A stretch of DNA of 50,856 nucleotides, counting the filler, from Sphacelaria rigidula (taxonomy: Eukaryota), in NCBI GenBank assembly GCA_964200075.2. It is 3 parts of 3 records of this genome, joined end to end, with 100 filler letters (N's around TTAATTAATTAA, not from the genome) between each part and the next. Parts side by side here need not be neighbours in the genome. Positions count along the whole stretch, not along the records: positions 1 to 16,886 come from CAXNAA020001222.1; positions 16,987 to 33,872 come from CAXNAA020001223.1; 1 more part is not named here. One strand, 5' to 3'. Numbering within the stretch: the stretch's first letter is position 1; every line of letters begins with the position of its first letter. Below the pieces are notes generated by a model that ran no database searches, had not been told where the DNA came from, and worked only from the letters and a program-made list of their open reading frames with translations. This document shows, piece by piece, positions 12,224 to 23,549 of the stretch. The translations under genes were made by a program, and so were the position numbers.

Positions 12224-12502
12224 CTCGGGTACATCCTGCGTACGAAAATGCCTCCCATGTGGCATGGGCGTGTGATTAAAACGCCACCCTAGACGGCTTC
12301 GCGTGACGCGAACGTGGTTTCTCTGTATTTTTCTTCCCTCGTCGACCCTCTTGTACTCCGCGATTTCGACGGAGACAGGGGATTGCGTCCGCCGCTTGAT
12401 TTCATGTCCAATCATGCAACTATTTCGTCGTAACGAGTAATGCCGTGGCAACTCCCCCAGAAAGGTGTAATGGGGACCTACGCAAAATCCAGATGTGAGG
12501 TG
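12110..12502 (+). mobile_element. Candidate 5S-derived SINE (SINE3)
   Basis: The 5S head runs directly into a ~280-bp unrelated body ending in a short GATGTGAGGTG tail. No TSD seen. Confidence 0.45.
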
Positions 12503-12681
12503 TTCAGAGGCCTGGTTTCTGAGCCGGCTATACCTGCGCTGTTCTATATGTATCTTCAAGAACTGGTTTCTGAGGCCAGCTTTATATCTGCAATCGTCTG
12601 AACAAATTTCAAGACCTGCTTTCTGAAACCACCAACCAACATTCTTTACTATGAATTCTAAGACCTGGTTTCTCAGACCAC
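12503..12681. repeat. Four degenerate ~50-bp tandem units with conserved core TTCAAGAMCTGGTTTCTGA
   Basis: The core recurs near 12503, 12555, 12608 and 12656 with divergent sequence between. Confidence 0.5.
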
Positions 12682-13339
12682 CCATCATCTCGACTCGCAA
12701 TATGCCCATTTATTCGTGACATTTTGTTTTTGCCCTTTGGGGGGCGGGGGTGGCGGGTGTACTCATGATATTGCATGCCATAGTCATCAGACCATTGATC
12801 TCGCATGCCTACAAAGCCGGGACGGAGCACGCCGGGTTTGCGCCGGACTAGGCTCGCACTCAATAACCAAGCACGAAGCGCCGTGGTTTGTTCGGTGAGT
12901 TGCATGAAGGACGAGCTGCATCCTACTGAGAGTGTCCGGCCCGAAGCGTACTGATTATCTTGCGTTTGTATGACAACCTCCATTGAAGTGCTTTATTTTC
13001 AGGTATCGCCACTTCCAGAGACAGCCATGGCTTACACACTGCCTCATGGGTGTCTCACCATTTGAACACAACGTAGTGCGATCATACCCTTTGCGCGGAA
13101 TCGAGGTTCTCTTACCCCGCACAACATGATCTAGCTCGACCGTCATGATGCTTACCGCAAAAATACACAAGCGTTCAAAACAAATGGTAAACTGGTTGCC
13201 TAGCTTACGCAGTGAGTGGCGTCTTTTACGGCGTCATTGCCAACCGGCGCTGACCCCATGGGAGGTCCGTCCCTACAAAGCCGGGACGGAGCACGCCGGG
13301 TTTTCGCCGAACTCGAGGAAGGGGGGAAGGGGGGAAGGG

Positions 13340-13674
13340 GGGGGGGCGTACTCATTCTTTGCTCGCCTTGGTCGTTTGACCATTGACCACGCATCCCTTT
13401 CGAGACGGAGCACCGTTCCTACTCCTGACAGAGACACATTCAACATTCCGGCGCTCATTTCGTTTCTACCATACATTGCACAAAAACCTTTTTCATATCT
13501 CATCCCCGTCCTGTTTCGCCGTCTGTGGCCACCATCTACAGTATCTCATAGTATAACCATCGTCTTCTCGCTACTGTGTAATGCATCAAACGATTCCATG
13601 CCACCTTCGTTCACGTCCCGCATTTCCCTCTCTAGCAAGTCCCGTTCCTCCTTGTATAGTTCGCATTCTGCAAC
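13340..13674 (-). mobile_element. 5'-truncated non-LTR retrotransposon (LINE) 3' fragment
   Basis: Minus strand reads VAECELYKEERDLLEREMRD..ESFDAL..EKTMVIL, then after a frameshift RWWPQTAKQDGD..RFLCNVW*KRNE..RNGAPSRKGCVVNGQTTKASKE*. This resembles the region after the C-terminal zinc knuckle of LINE ORF2 proteins I recall from brown algal genomes. Confidence 0.6.
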
Positions 13675-16600
13675 TTTTTGGGGGGGGGGGTATCGCGGGA
13701 TGACTCTGACATACTTTTCGATTTGTTTTACATCTCATAATCTGGCAACCTCAGTCGCAGTGTCTAAAACCCAGTACCGTCTCTACGACAGACTGTCAAC
13801 ACGAAAATTAGTACCATCCCCGCCACCATCAGTAGTGCTGTCGAGACATGATGTGAAAGTACCAGTACTGCTTTTGCTCTAGAGTGGAGCCAGAATCCGC
13901 AGTACTGACATCATCGTAAAAACAGAATCTCGACGAATCATTACTGGCTGCATCAAAATCCGGGTGGGCCGAAATCGGTCGTTCCGACAACAACTAAGAA
14001 CTGATTTAAGATTGATCAAGCGGGCCCTTTCTTTCATCCTTGACTTATTGAACTGAACCGGAAGTTCTTCCCATCTTTCTGATAACTATTCCGAGTGCCA
14101 TCTTGTTCGTCAAGTTCGGCACAAACATCCGATTATATGAAAGTTGTGAGCAATGCCACGGTAGGGGTGCACTTTTTTCGCGAAAGTTTGTCAGGTTCAG
14201 GGGCTNNNNNNNNNNGACATTCCCAGCACATTGGAATAGTAATCCAGGCGTACTCTCGCATATTTTCATAAGTCGTGTTTCGGATGAGATAAGGGGCTCT
14301 TAACAATTCTCACCTTAAAAAATATTTCTGTACCCCTACCGTAGCATCACTCTTATCCCAATAACAAGGGGCCGTGGGTGCGGTACGTTTTTCGTAGTCA
14401 GCATGTATTTTCGTGCGGTCGTATCCTGAACGGAGACATGGAACCTAAAAATTATACTCCGATCCCTGCTTCCCCAGGAGCAAGCTTGATGCGTCAGATT
14501 TCAAGTTATCACAACTAACAAACTCAAGAAGAGATTCCTAACATCAAATCATACCCGCCGGACGGTATTTCCTTCTGTTGTTTAGAATGTACGATCCACG
14601 ACAGTAATTGTGTTGTATCAAGTCGTTTGTTCGTCTCGGGGTTGCAGCGGTAACCTTTGACGCAACAGCCGTCGATCCTTCTTGAAATATAAGTGACATC
14701 GAAAAAAGGGTGTAAGTCGTATAAATTTGTTCACGACACCGTAGGTATTGAATACCAGCACATTTTGAACTACGGGAGGGGTGATTGAATGGGTGCGTGT
14801 GTGTGAATTGAAATGTAGCGCGATGGGCGTAGACAGAAGGAGGTATGAGGTATAATGGAGGGGGGGGTTCTTTGCTGGTGATATATCCTTCAAGTTACAC
14901 GTGCAATCTGAGAGCTGGTGATGTGTTGGATCATGCTAATCCATGACCAGAGAACGTATACTGATGTAACACTTGGTATCCCTGGTGACGAAAAGTCTCT
15001 GTTCCGTGGCTCGGCATCACGTAGTACTATACTCTACTCGCTCCGTCCCGCTGTCATGGTTGACTCATGGAATCTCGGAGGGGAAAAAAAAAGGTGTACA
15101 CCCCACCACACACGGCTTTACTCGGCTGAACCGCTATGCCACCCAGGTACAGTAGCGAAAAGGCGCCACCTAAATCGATATTAGCTCGGAAGTAAGTGCC
15201 GATTATTCGTAAGGAGACCTGCGAGACCCGTTTTCATGAAATCAGGCTCCGGTAAGAGCGACATATGTGATGTTCAGCTTTCAAACCGATCGCATCCACC
15301 TTTAGTGACTGTTATCTCACACGAGCACCGCAGTTTGATTTGACACGACACTAAAGACAGACGGTGAAGTCGATACTATGTGTATGCCAATCAAGCACAA
15401 CAACGAACATCGCATTCAGCGACCCCACTAAAATCAAAATACAGTTTTCGACCGTGCATCTAAGTCAAGCTCTAAGTCGGTCTCACAGTCTCATGAATAA
15501 TTTTGGCTCACCTACCGCCTCGACACCCCATTTCAATATGTCATAAATAACATCACCTCGAAGAAGAACAACATCAAACACACCGTGCAGCCGCAGTATG
15601 TGCAAAACCGGAGCTGCGCGTGTGCATCAAACTGCACCAAAGAGTTATGCTAATTATCGAGGGGTGCATTTTTTCCAAATCGAAATGAAAACTTTGATGA
15701 TCTTGAAGAGCCAAGCCAACGAAGATCGAGCAGATTTATGCACGCAAAACGCGCACAGATCGATGTTTTCGGGGGAAAAACAACAGTTTTTATCGAACGT
15801 GAAGCACGATTCTTGCACGTCGCGCGACATCACTACGGCAACATAAACATAAACAGAAGTCGGTTTCACGGTGTAGGTCTTGTGAGCTCAACACGGCTTC
15901 TAGTAACAGAAGATAATGTACTTCATTCCGAGACAGTCGAAGTAGGGGAAAAAAAAACGAACACCTCACAGGCCGGCAGTGGCCACGAATTCCCGCGACA
16001 TCAAAGATATCAACACTTCCCGTCTCACTAGGTAAGAGGCACGCGCATATACTAAAAATTCCGCTTTGGTCTTCCCAAAGTACCCTCGAATGAACGGCAA
16101 AATCACCAAAAATAACAAGGAAACGACTTCAATTTTTCCCTTCGATATCGATACGTTATCGCAAAGACACAGAAGCTTTTCGATGCACGAAAAGTCATGG
16201 ACAAAAAAAGCACCATAAAAATAACGATGCTTCCCCCACACCTGCACAAGAGGTGACACGCACTTTGTCCGCATAAGCATTGCCAAAGCTTCGAGATCCG
16301 GTCACGGTGCTTTGCTCGTGCACTGCTAAGCTTGCCAAGGTACTGTAAATTGACTTTCTGCCATCACGACGCACTAAAGGGTACAGCTCAGAGTAGCTTC
16401 AAGGTCAGAGAGAGATGCTCTGTAGATCCGGCTACAGAAGAGATACCGTGTCTTTCACCCACGTGCACTACTCGTACCTACCATAGGAGATACAGAGAGA
16501 AGAACCGAGGGAGTTGGATGGCGTCAGCCGTTGACCAATGAATACCGGCCAATCCAGTTCCATGAGTTTTACTCGGCCAATCAGATAAGCGCGTGCTACT

Positions 16601-16886
16601 TAACCCCTCCTTGTGTTGTACAGGGCAGCCGGTCCTTCTTCCTTCTGTGTACATTTGATTTACTTTGGCCTATTCAAAAGCACCTCCCTGCCCCCCTGCT
16701 CCGTGTCCACCCCGCATTCTCACAATTCTCGGCCATGAGCGAAGCCTTCGACTCTTGTATCATTATTTTGCTGTTCCCTTCGCACGACCCCCCCTCCCCC
16801 GCCCCCCCTGCAGGTATGCACCCATGAGGCAGTGTAAAAGCCGTGGCTGTCTCCGGAAGTGGCGATACCACAGAATAAAGCAACTC

Positions 16887-16986
16887 NNNNNNNNNNNNNN
16901 NNNNNNNNNNNNNNNNNNNNNNNNNNNNNNTTAATTAATTAANNNNNNNNNNNNNNNNNNNNNNNNNNNNNNNNNNNNNNNNNNNN
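16887..16986. other. Artificial scaffold linker (44 N + TTAATTAATTAA + 44 N)
   Basis: Exactly 100 bp with a six-frame stop cassette in the centre. Confidence 0.97.
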
Positions 16987-17883
16987 AGGGTGGAGTGGGG
17001 AAAGGGTGTAGATTCATGAGGGGGCAGTATATTATACTAAAACCAGGTAATTTCCTGACGAATCATTATTTGCCCTAACCGTGAAACGTTATGTATAGAT
17101 CCCATGGAACTGTCGAGTATCGGTATGAGAAGCTTACAGATGTTGCAGAAACGTCAGATTCGGGTATGGATACTGTACAGCAAATCGAACCCTCACCCAG
17201 GCGTTTCTACAAGGATACGTCCCTGGGTGCGGGTATGGTGGGCGTACATAAGTCACAGAACTGTCGAGTACGGGTAATACCCGGGTAAATACCCCGGACA
17301 TCCATAAACTTGTACCCTAAAGAACACAACCTTGGTATTTTTTGTGTTAAATAGTGTTGTAGGAGGGTTGCCACGAGAGGGGTCTCGACTAGGAGGCTGG
17401 ATGCGACATCGTTTGGGTTGAAGTAATCGTTGGTGTAAGAACAATGTCGGCGTTGGGGTTGGTCACGAGTACATACTCGATGCACAATTTTTTCGTCCTT
17501 TTTTCGATGGTGTTTGGAGGCAAGACTGCGCCGGCGTGGTATGTCCCCTTGTGCATGTGGACGAAGCCCGTGAAATCTCGAGCAGGACTCGTGAAACGCA
17601 ATCCGCGGTTTCTGAACAGTTGCGATCCCCTGCCCATTTTGAACATGAAACGCAAGAAGCCAAAACATGAACCATTTTTCGATAAATCACGGGAAAACTA
17701 CGTTTTTCTGCCTTCTAAAAATTGCAACTACGCAAGATTGACGGTACTACGGGGAGGACTCGTCCGCACTGCTGCCGCTCGGGTTGTTCACATGGAAATG
17801 TGAGCAGCAGCAAGCTTGAGAGGACGAGCTGAACTAACCCGCCGGGTCCGACGTCATCGCAACTTGCTGAACCCCTCAAGAGA

Positions 17884-20800
17884 TCAATCTAGCACCGCCT
17901 TCCGCTTGGCAAGCTGCACGTGATATCCGTCCGGATCGCGGAATCGACGAAGCTTCCCGTGAAAAATCGAGGGTTCCGGGATCTCGTCAGTTCCCTTGGA
18001 CAAGAGCAACTTCGACGCTCCGTCGACGTCATCCACGATGAACCCTAGGTATCCAAAGCCCTGCAGAAATAGGAACATATATGCGAACGTATACGCGTTC
18101 ACTGCCTTCACGTAGCTTTTGATTATACCACGGGGATGACAGTGTGAGGAGCCTGTTGACACCTTATGGGCGGTGGATGATACTTAACTTCGACGAAACG
18201 TGCACATTGCTTCAACCCCACCCAAATATTGAAAGCTGGCTACCGAGTTTCATAGGGCTGCCCTCGGTATCTTACCGCACAAAATCAGAGTCGAGAGATC
18301 ACCCACACGTTTGGTACCATTGAAACATGTAACGATATGGCGTATCAAGGCCTCGATTTTGAGGAGGGAAAGACGGGGAAGTGAATTTCACAACTCCAAG
18401 TCAGGAGCGAGATACGCATACGGTAAACGAGCGTCGGCGTAAATCGCGGTATTTGCGTGTGCGGTAAATTTACTCTGACAAGAGGCTGGCGTGTCAATAT
18501 ACAAAAATAATGCAACACAGTGTTTTCTCTCTAATTTTTGCCTTCGTCGTACTAGTTGAAGGAGGAGTGTTTGCTCGAACGTGCTAGTGCTGCACACAAT
18601 ATACCGCCGTGGTCAATTCTGTGCGGTTTTCACACGAGAACACTGATTTTTTTCAACAATGTTCTGCACATTTGACGTGTGCTTGAATCAAAGACGCAGC
18701 AATCCAGCAGGATTGCATCATCGTGTGCGACAACACATGCTCACAAAGGCAGAGATCTAGATGGGAACACTCCACAATCGAAACTTCGTGTTGAGAGATA
18801 CAACGCCAAATCATGGCCCAAGAACGTGACCCATTGAATATCCTTGTGCACTCAACTGTGCTTCACAGTTCACCGCAACTTTTGTGGGTCCTGAAAACTA
18901 CGCGCCCGCACGTGGTCCATCGTTGGTGGCGTACCACTACGTTAGGACCGGGACTACGGACAATTTTTGCTGCATCACGAGCTTACCCTCGGCTCGGTGT
19001 TACTATCATGGTACTTGAAGTGTTCGTCCTTTTCCGTTCCGTGGTTGTGCGTCAATTCCAGTACAGGCGCCCACGACCGTTTCATCCAAGCGTATGCCAG
19101 CGGCGAATCTGGTGGGGGCAACGTCTCCCGTTCCCTTGGCGTCAAAGACTGCAGAAAATATAGTGAGAAATTGTCGAAATGCAGTTCGCAGATCTGAAGT
19201 CGATTGAAGCACGTGCGGGACAGAGAGCGGCATGAGAGAGGGATTGTAGGGGAAGTATAAAAATACGTTGAATGTTGAATTTGACAGCAAGAGGTGCGAC
19301 GCTACAGTGGGGATCCTAAACTGAGGGCGCGCAGGGAAAAATCACTCGCAGATGAGAGCTGTGTAGGTCCGACAAACGCGGATTACCGAAGAATTGTACG
19401 CTGCACCTTGCCATGCAAAAATTGCTTGCCGCCCGCGCCCTTGGAGCTTCCTCAGTAATGATTTTATTCTTCCCTTCAAACTAATTGCGAGCTTTCCGCA
19501 CATACGAGATGCTCATCATATGCGGACGAGCTCACCTTGGTCATTCCCAATCCGCCCTCTCCCGTGTAGAAGTCCAGCGTCTTCTCGACGTCCTTGACGC
19601 GGAGCATCGTCTGTCCAAGGTTATATGGCTCAGGGTGGTTGGCCTCCTTGTCTCTGGGCACCAGTTCTATGTAGTATCCGTCGGGATCGTACGCGAACGC
19701 GAGACCTTTCATACGCCCCTCATCTTTGCGGTGGGAAGCACACGAGGGAGTCATACACGAGCCGCGCAACGATTGGGGTAGATCGAAGAAAGTAGATGGC
19801 GGGCGCTGAGGGATTGAAATGAGAGGGAGGAGCTGGATATCCTTTCCAGATAGTTCGAAGTCTCTGCATCGATCTCAAGACAAGAATCGCGCCGGGACGT
19901 GATTGCGACGTCAGCAATTGCTAGTGGTGGTGCCAGTCACATGCTTGAACCAACTCACCAGGGCGTTTCTTGAAATCGACGCCGGCCTTTTCGAGATCTT
20001 TGCTGGCTTTGTACACATCGTCCGTGAGAAACGCCAGGTGTCCGAAGCCTCTGTAGGGCTCGTCATTGCCGCTGCAATATCGCACATCAGATGCACCGCC
20101 GTCACTATGCTCATGCTGAAGCTCTACGCAGGAGTGCTCCATGTCGAACAATCGCTCGTGCGCCTGGGGTCTCGGGAATATTCGAAAACAAGGAATGCCC
20201 ATGTGACCTTCATACGCGCTTGCTTCTTCCTTAAAATATGTACGAACCTTGTGTGCACAACCACACTGCTTGTCTTGAGGCCTGCCAACAAACAACACGA
20301 TATCCTCAGCTGTAGATGCACCCACGTAAAACGGCTTGTGGAGTAACTGTCATCGGTGCCACCTACATCACCTTCCTCTGACACCAGGCGTTTAAATTTC
20401 CTCGCGTGTCACTATGAAACTTATATATTTGCTGCAGATTGACGCGAAGATTCAACGCATAGTTTCCCACGAATGCACAACTTAACCGCCGTACTCTGAC
20501 ACGAAGCGTTCGACCATTCCTGCGTGTTGCAGCTCCGCTGCATATCTCACCTCCCCCGTCCCAGGCTCAGGCAAGTCACGGCTTTCTCCTTCTCTGAGAG
20601 ACGCTAAGAAGTAGTTGCTTCGACCAAGCGCGGGAAGGTGGTAAACGTCCACCAACGTCAGGCCATATCGCTCTTGATAGTACTTCACGCTAGCGGCCGG
20701 GTCCTGAACCGAGAGGTCGGTAGAGAGCACACGAACGTTCGAAATATAACACGACAGCCTCAGGGCAAGTTCCAGCAGCCATTGCTCATGTACAAAATTA

Positions 20801-23549
20801 TGCAAATCACGCGCGAATCAAGAGCCCCGATTTCTTGCAATCTACGCCACACTTTGTCCGATGGGGTACAAAAATTGGAGGTCGTGCTGGGCGGTGCGTT
20901 TCGGCGCCTGCAGTCGCAGTCACCGGGGATACATCGAAAGAAAGAAATATTGGTATCATTCCCATACCGTCGGAAATTGCAGTATCAGAATTGCTCGGTA
21001 ACCTCAAGCTATTTTGTAGCCGGTTTTGTAGGACCCGTAGCTAGAAGAAAAGAGGACACCTAAGGGGCATGTTCTAGCCCCCTACAGCCGGTCCCAAAAG
21101 GGGGCTTTGGTCACATTCTTCATCCATCATGATAGGCCCACGGTACACCGGGATCAGCCATTCTTTCAGGTGCCCTCCTTCCCGATCACAGCCGACGGTT
21201 ACCTGAAAGCGATAAGCCGTAGTAGCTACACGCACCCGCAGAATAGGAGCTTTACAGGCCTATCTGCCAGCCGCATGCCAGTCACAGACACAACGACCGA
21301 TTAATCTAAGAAAAGCAACGACCGAAGCCACCGTCTTCTTTCCGGTTATTTTTTGCGAACCTTCGCGCACTCGAACCACCGACCTGCATTATACAACTCT
21401 CGATGAGTCGACACCTGCTCACACCACTTCTTCAAGTTGGAGAAGTTTCGTGTTTTGGCTATCGGGAAGGTTTTCGAGCGTTGTTTGGTGCGTGCGGGTC
21501 GTTGATGCAAGTGCGCGGAGATCCGAAAAAAACAATCGGAGATAAGGCGGTGGGTTTGGTCGTTGTCCTTCTTGCTATGGTTAATCTTTCTGTTTTTGAC
21601 TAGCAAAGTAGCGTGTACAGCTCCAATTCCGCGGGTACGTGTGGATGCAGTTTGTGGCTTTCACGAGACCAGCCGCTGTGACCAGGAAATAATGTACGAA
21701 GGTGGTCCAGAATGGCCTACACAAGTTGTGGGGATTATCCAGCAGATTGTACCACCACAAAAATGACTACTTCCGGTGTACTGTACGCTTTTCTGGTCGA
21801 AGTATGATATTCTGGAGTATGTGGTGGAAGCCGCCCTTTGTGCACGGCCGCAGGAGGCTAGAAGATGACCTTTACTCTCATTCGTTTTTCAGGTCGCTCC
21901 TTATAAACCGAAAAACTCCAGTCTGGAAAAGGTTTTCCGGCGAGTTTTTCATCAACTATTCTTGTTGGCCATTTTCTCTGGTAGAAGCGTCCTCCTAGGT
22001 CAGGAGTTTTCTTCAGGCCGGTTCTTTTCCTGCCCACCTTGTCGAGAAAAGCAGTGTTTTCGGAGAGAATCAGAGTTCGTCGAAAACGGGATTTTTCAAA
22101 GGCGCCTTCCATCAAGCACGCTGCAGCTAGCCGTACAGATAGTGGACACAAACAGACGACACTTCAGACAGCACACACACTATACGGTGTAGTAGCAGTA
22201 CAAGGCAGCCAGTACCACTGTGCAACAGTACAGATAGTACACATAGCTACAACAGACAGTTGAATACAGTACTCATGTCATACACGCATAAACGACAGCA
22301 TCATGATGTGCGATACATGCAATTTAGTCGCACGGACAGAACCCTGTTGTACGCTACATGCAAGTACGGAAATGTGCAGTATATGTTGCGCAGATGCATG
22401 AACGAAAGATAGTACAAAACAGCGGACGCTATTTCATAAATCAAACGAGTGAGGGAAGGTATGACGCGGCCCCCATCTCAGTTTGAAATGCACCGAATTT
22501 TTTTTCAAGTAATGAGAAATGATTTGGAGCGTTGTGCGGAAAAGGTCACTGCCTGAACTTCGACCGCGGTCTTGTTTCGTATTGTAAGGAGCTTCAGGCA
22601 CAGGTCTCGTTTATGTCTCATTGATGCCCCTGGACAATTCCGAGCGAGATGTTCCTTTTTTCTTGACGTTTTTAACCCCAATCCCCTCCGCGGGACGGAT
22701 CCTCTGCCGGTATGGATTAAGTCATCTTTCCCCAGGCATTGGATAATGACACATCACCCCACCCGCAACCCATCGACTCGTCGTCGTTTTTTTGTATACC
22801 GACTTTCTCACCCTTTCGACAACGGAAACCACTCCACTATATTACCAGAGCTGGTGAAGTTGAACCCACTACTCCGCCAAAAGTGGCAGATGATGCGCGG
22901 GTATGACCGCCGGGGCGCCACGTTATCATATTTTTCTCTTCGTCATGCTGATTATCCTCCTCCTTCTCGGGATAAGTCCGTAGCTTCAGCGGATCAACTC
23001 ATGTCTCCCCAGCTACCCGACATACACTTGGGTATCGAAAAATGATTTGGAGACACAGCCTTACCGAATGTGGCGTGGGGGAAAAAGATTGCTTAAACGG
23101 GGAATCGAACCCCGATCACATGAATGGCAATCATGTATTCTACCATTGAACCATTTAAGCACTGATGTCGGGGACACAAGAGATTTTTGTATTGTCAATG
23201 TGTCAGTATGCCGTTTGAAGGCGAGACGTGCGAAGAGGAACCCTCTCTAAAGCAAAAGCCAAAAAGCAAATCGTGCGTCATGTGCGTTTTTCAGAGGAGT
23301 GAACAAAAACGCCGATCCAAAAGTCAGTCGCTATGACCGCACCTTGGAGCGTATCATACTCCGGTGCCACTTAAAACCAAAGGGATTACTCTCGTCGATG
23401 ATTCCTGCTGCTGCTGCCGTTGACGCTGACGCCGACTGGTGTGCCATTGCTGATGATGGTGTCGATGAAGCAAAACCTCTTAGTGCTGCGGTCCTCACGG
23501 AGGGCATGGACTGGCCAAGGAGAGCCGTTGCGGACAGCGTCACAAGCAT
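17884..23549 (-). CDS. GLO1: Glyoxalase I (lactoylglutathione lyase), two-domain monomeric type, 6 exons, ~378 aa, with N-terminal targeting peptide
   Basis: Exons 23549-23343, 20703-20551, 20163-19959, 19723-19536, 19193-18987 and 18060-17884. All introns are GT-AG and in phase (1137 nt). Motifs: [82 protein letters not shown]. The start codon choice is uncertain. Confidence 0.93.
21050..21430 (-). mobile_element. Candidate tRNA-derived SINE in GLO1 intron 1
   Basis: Minus strand has an A-box-like TGGTGTGAGCAGG and a B-box GGTTCGAGTGC (21377-21367) but no full cloverleaf, followed by a unique body. Ends are approximate. Confidence 0.4.
22652..22925 (-). mobile_element. Candidate tRNA-derived SINE in GLO1 intron 1
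   Basis: Minus strand has A-box-like GTGGCGCCCCGGCGG and B-box-like GGGTTCAACTTC, then a body ending in an A-rich tail (GTCAAGAAAAAA). Confidence 0.35.
23082..23086 (-). terminator. RNA polymerase III oligo-T terminator of tRNA-Gly
   Basis: TTTTT just 3' of the tRNA on the minus strand. Confidence 0.7.
23090..23160 (-). tRNA. tRNA-Gly(GCC): tRNA-Gly (anticodon GCC), intronless, 71 nt
   Basis: GCTTAAA-TG-GTTCAATGGTAGAAT-A-CATGA-TTGCCAT-TCATG-TGAT-CGGGG-TTCGATT-CCCCG-TTTAAGC-A folds into a complete cloverleaf. A T5 Pol III terminator follows 3 nt downstream. Confidence 0.96.

Noticed and set aside
12503-12681. CRISPR array
   Set aside because: Eukaryotic context, repeats too degenerate, spacers partly homologous and no cas genes.
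11954-12709. 251-aa minus-strand ORF
   Set aside because: It runs antisense through the 5S-derived element and a tandem repeat, so the open frame is probably chance.
13145-13882. 245-aa plus-strand ORF
   Set aside because: It is largely the antisense of the LINE fragment plus other repeats, with no coherent domain.
16931-16942. TTAATTAATTAA as a biological motif or piggyBac target (also 33917-33928)
   Set aside because: It is centred in an exact 100-bp N spacer and is an artificial six-frame stop linker.
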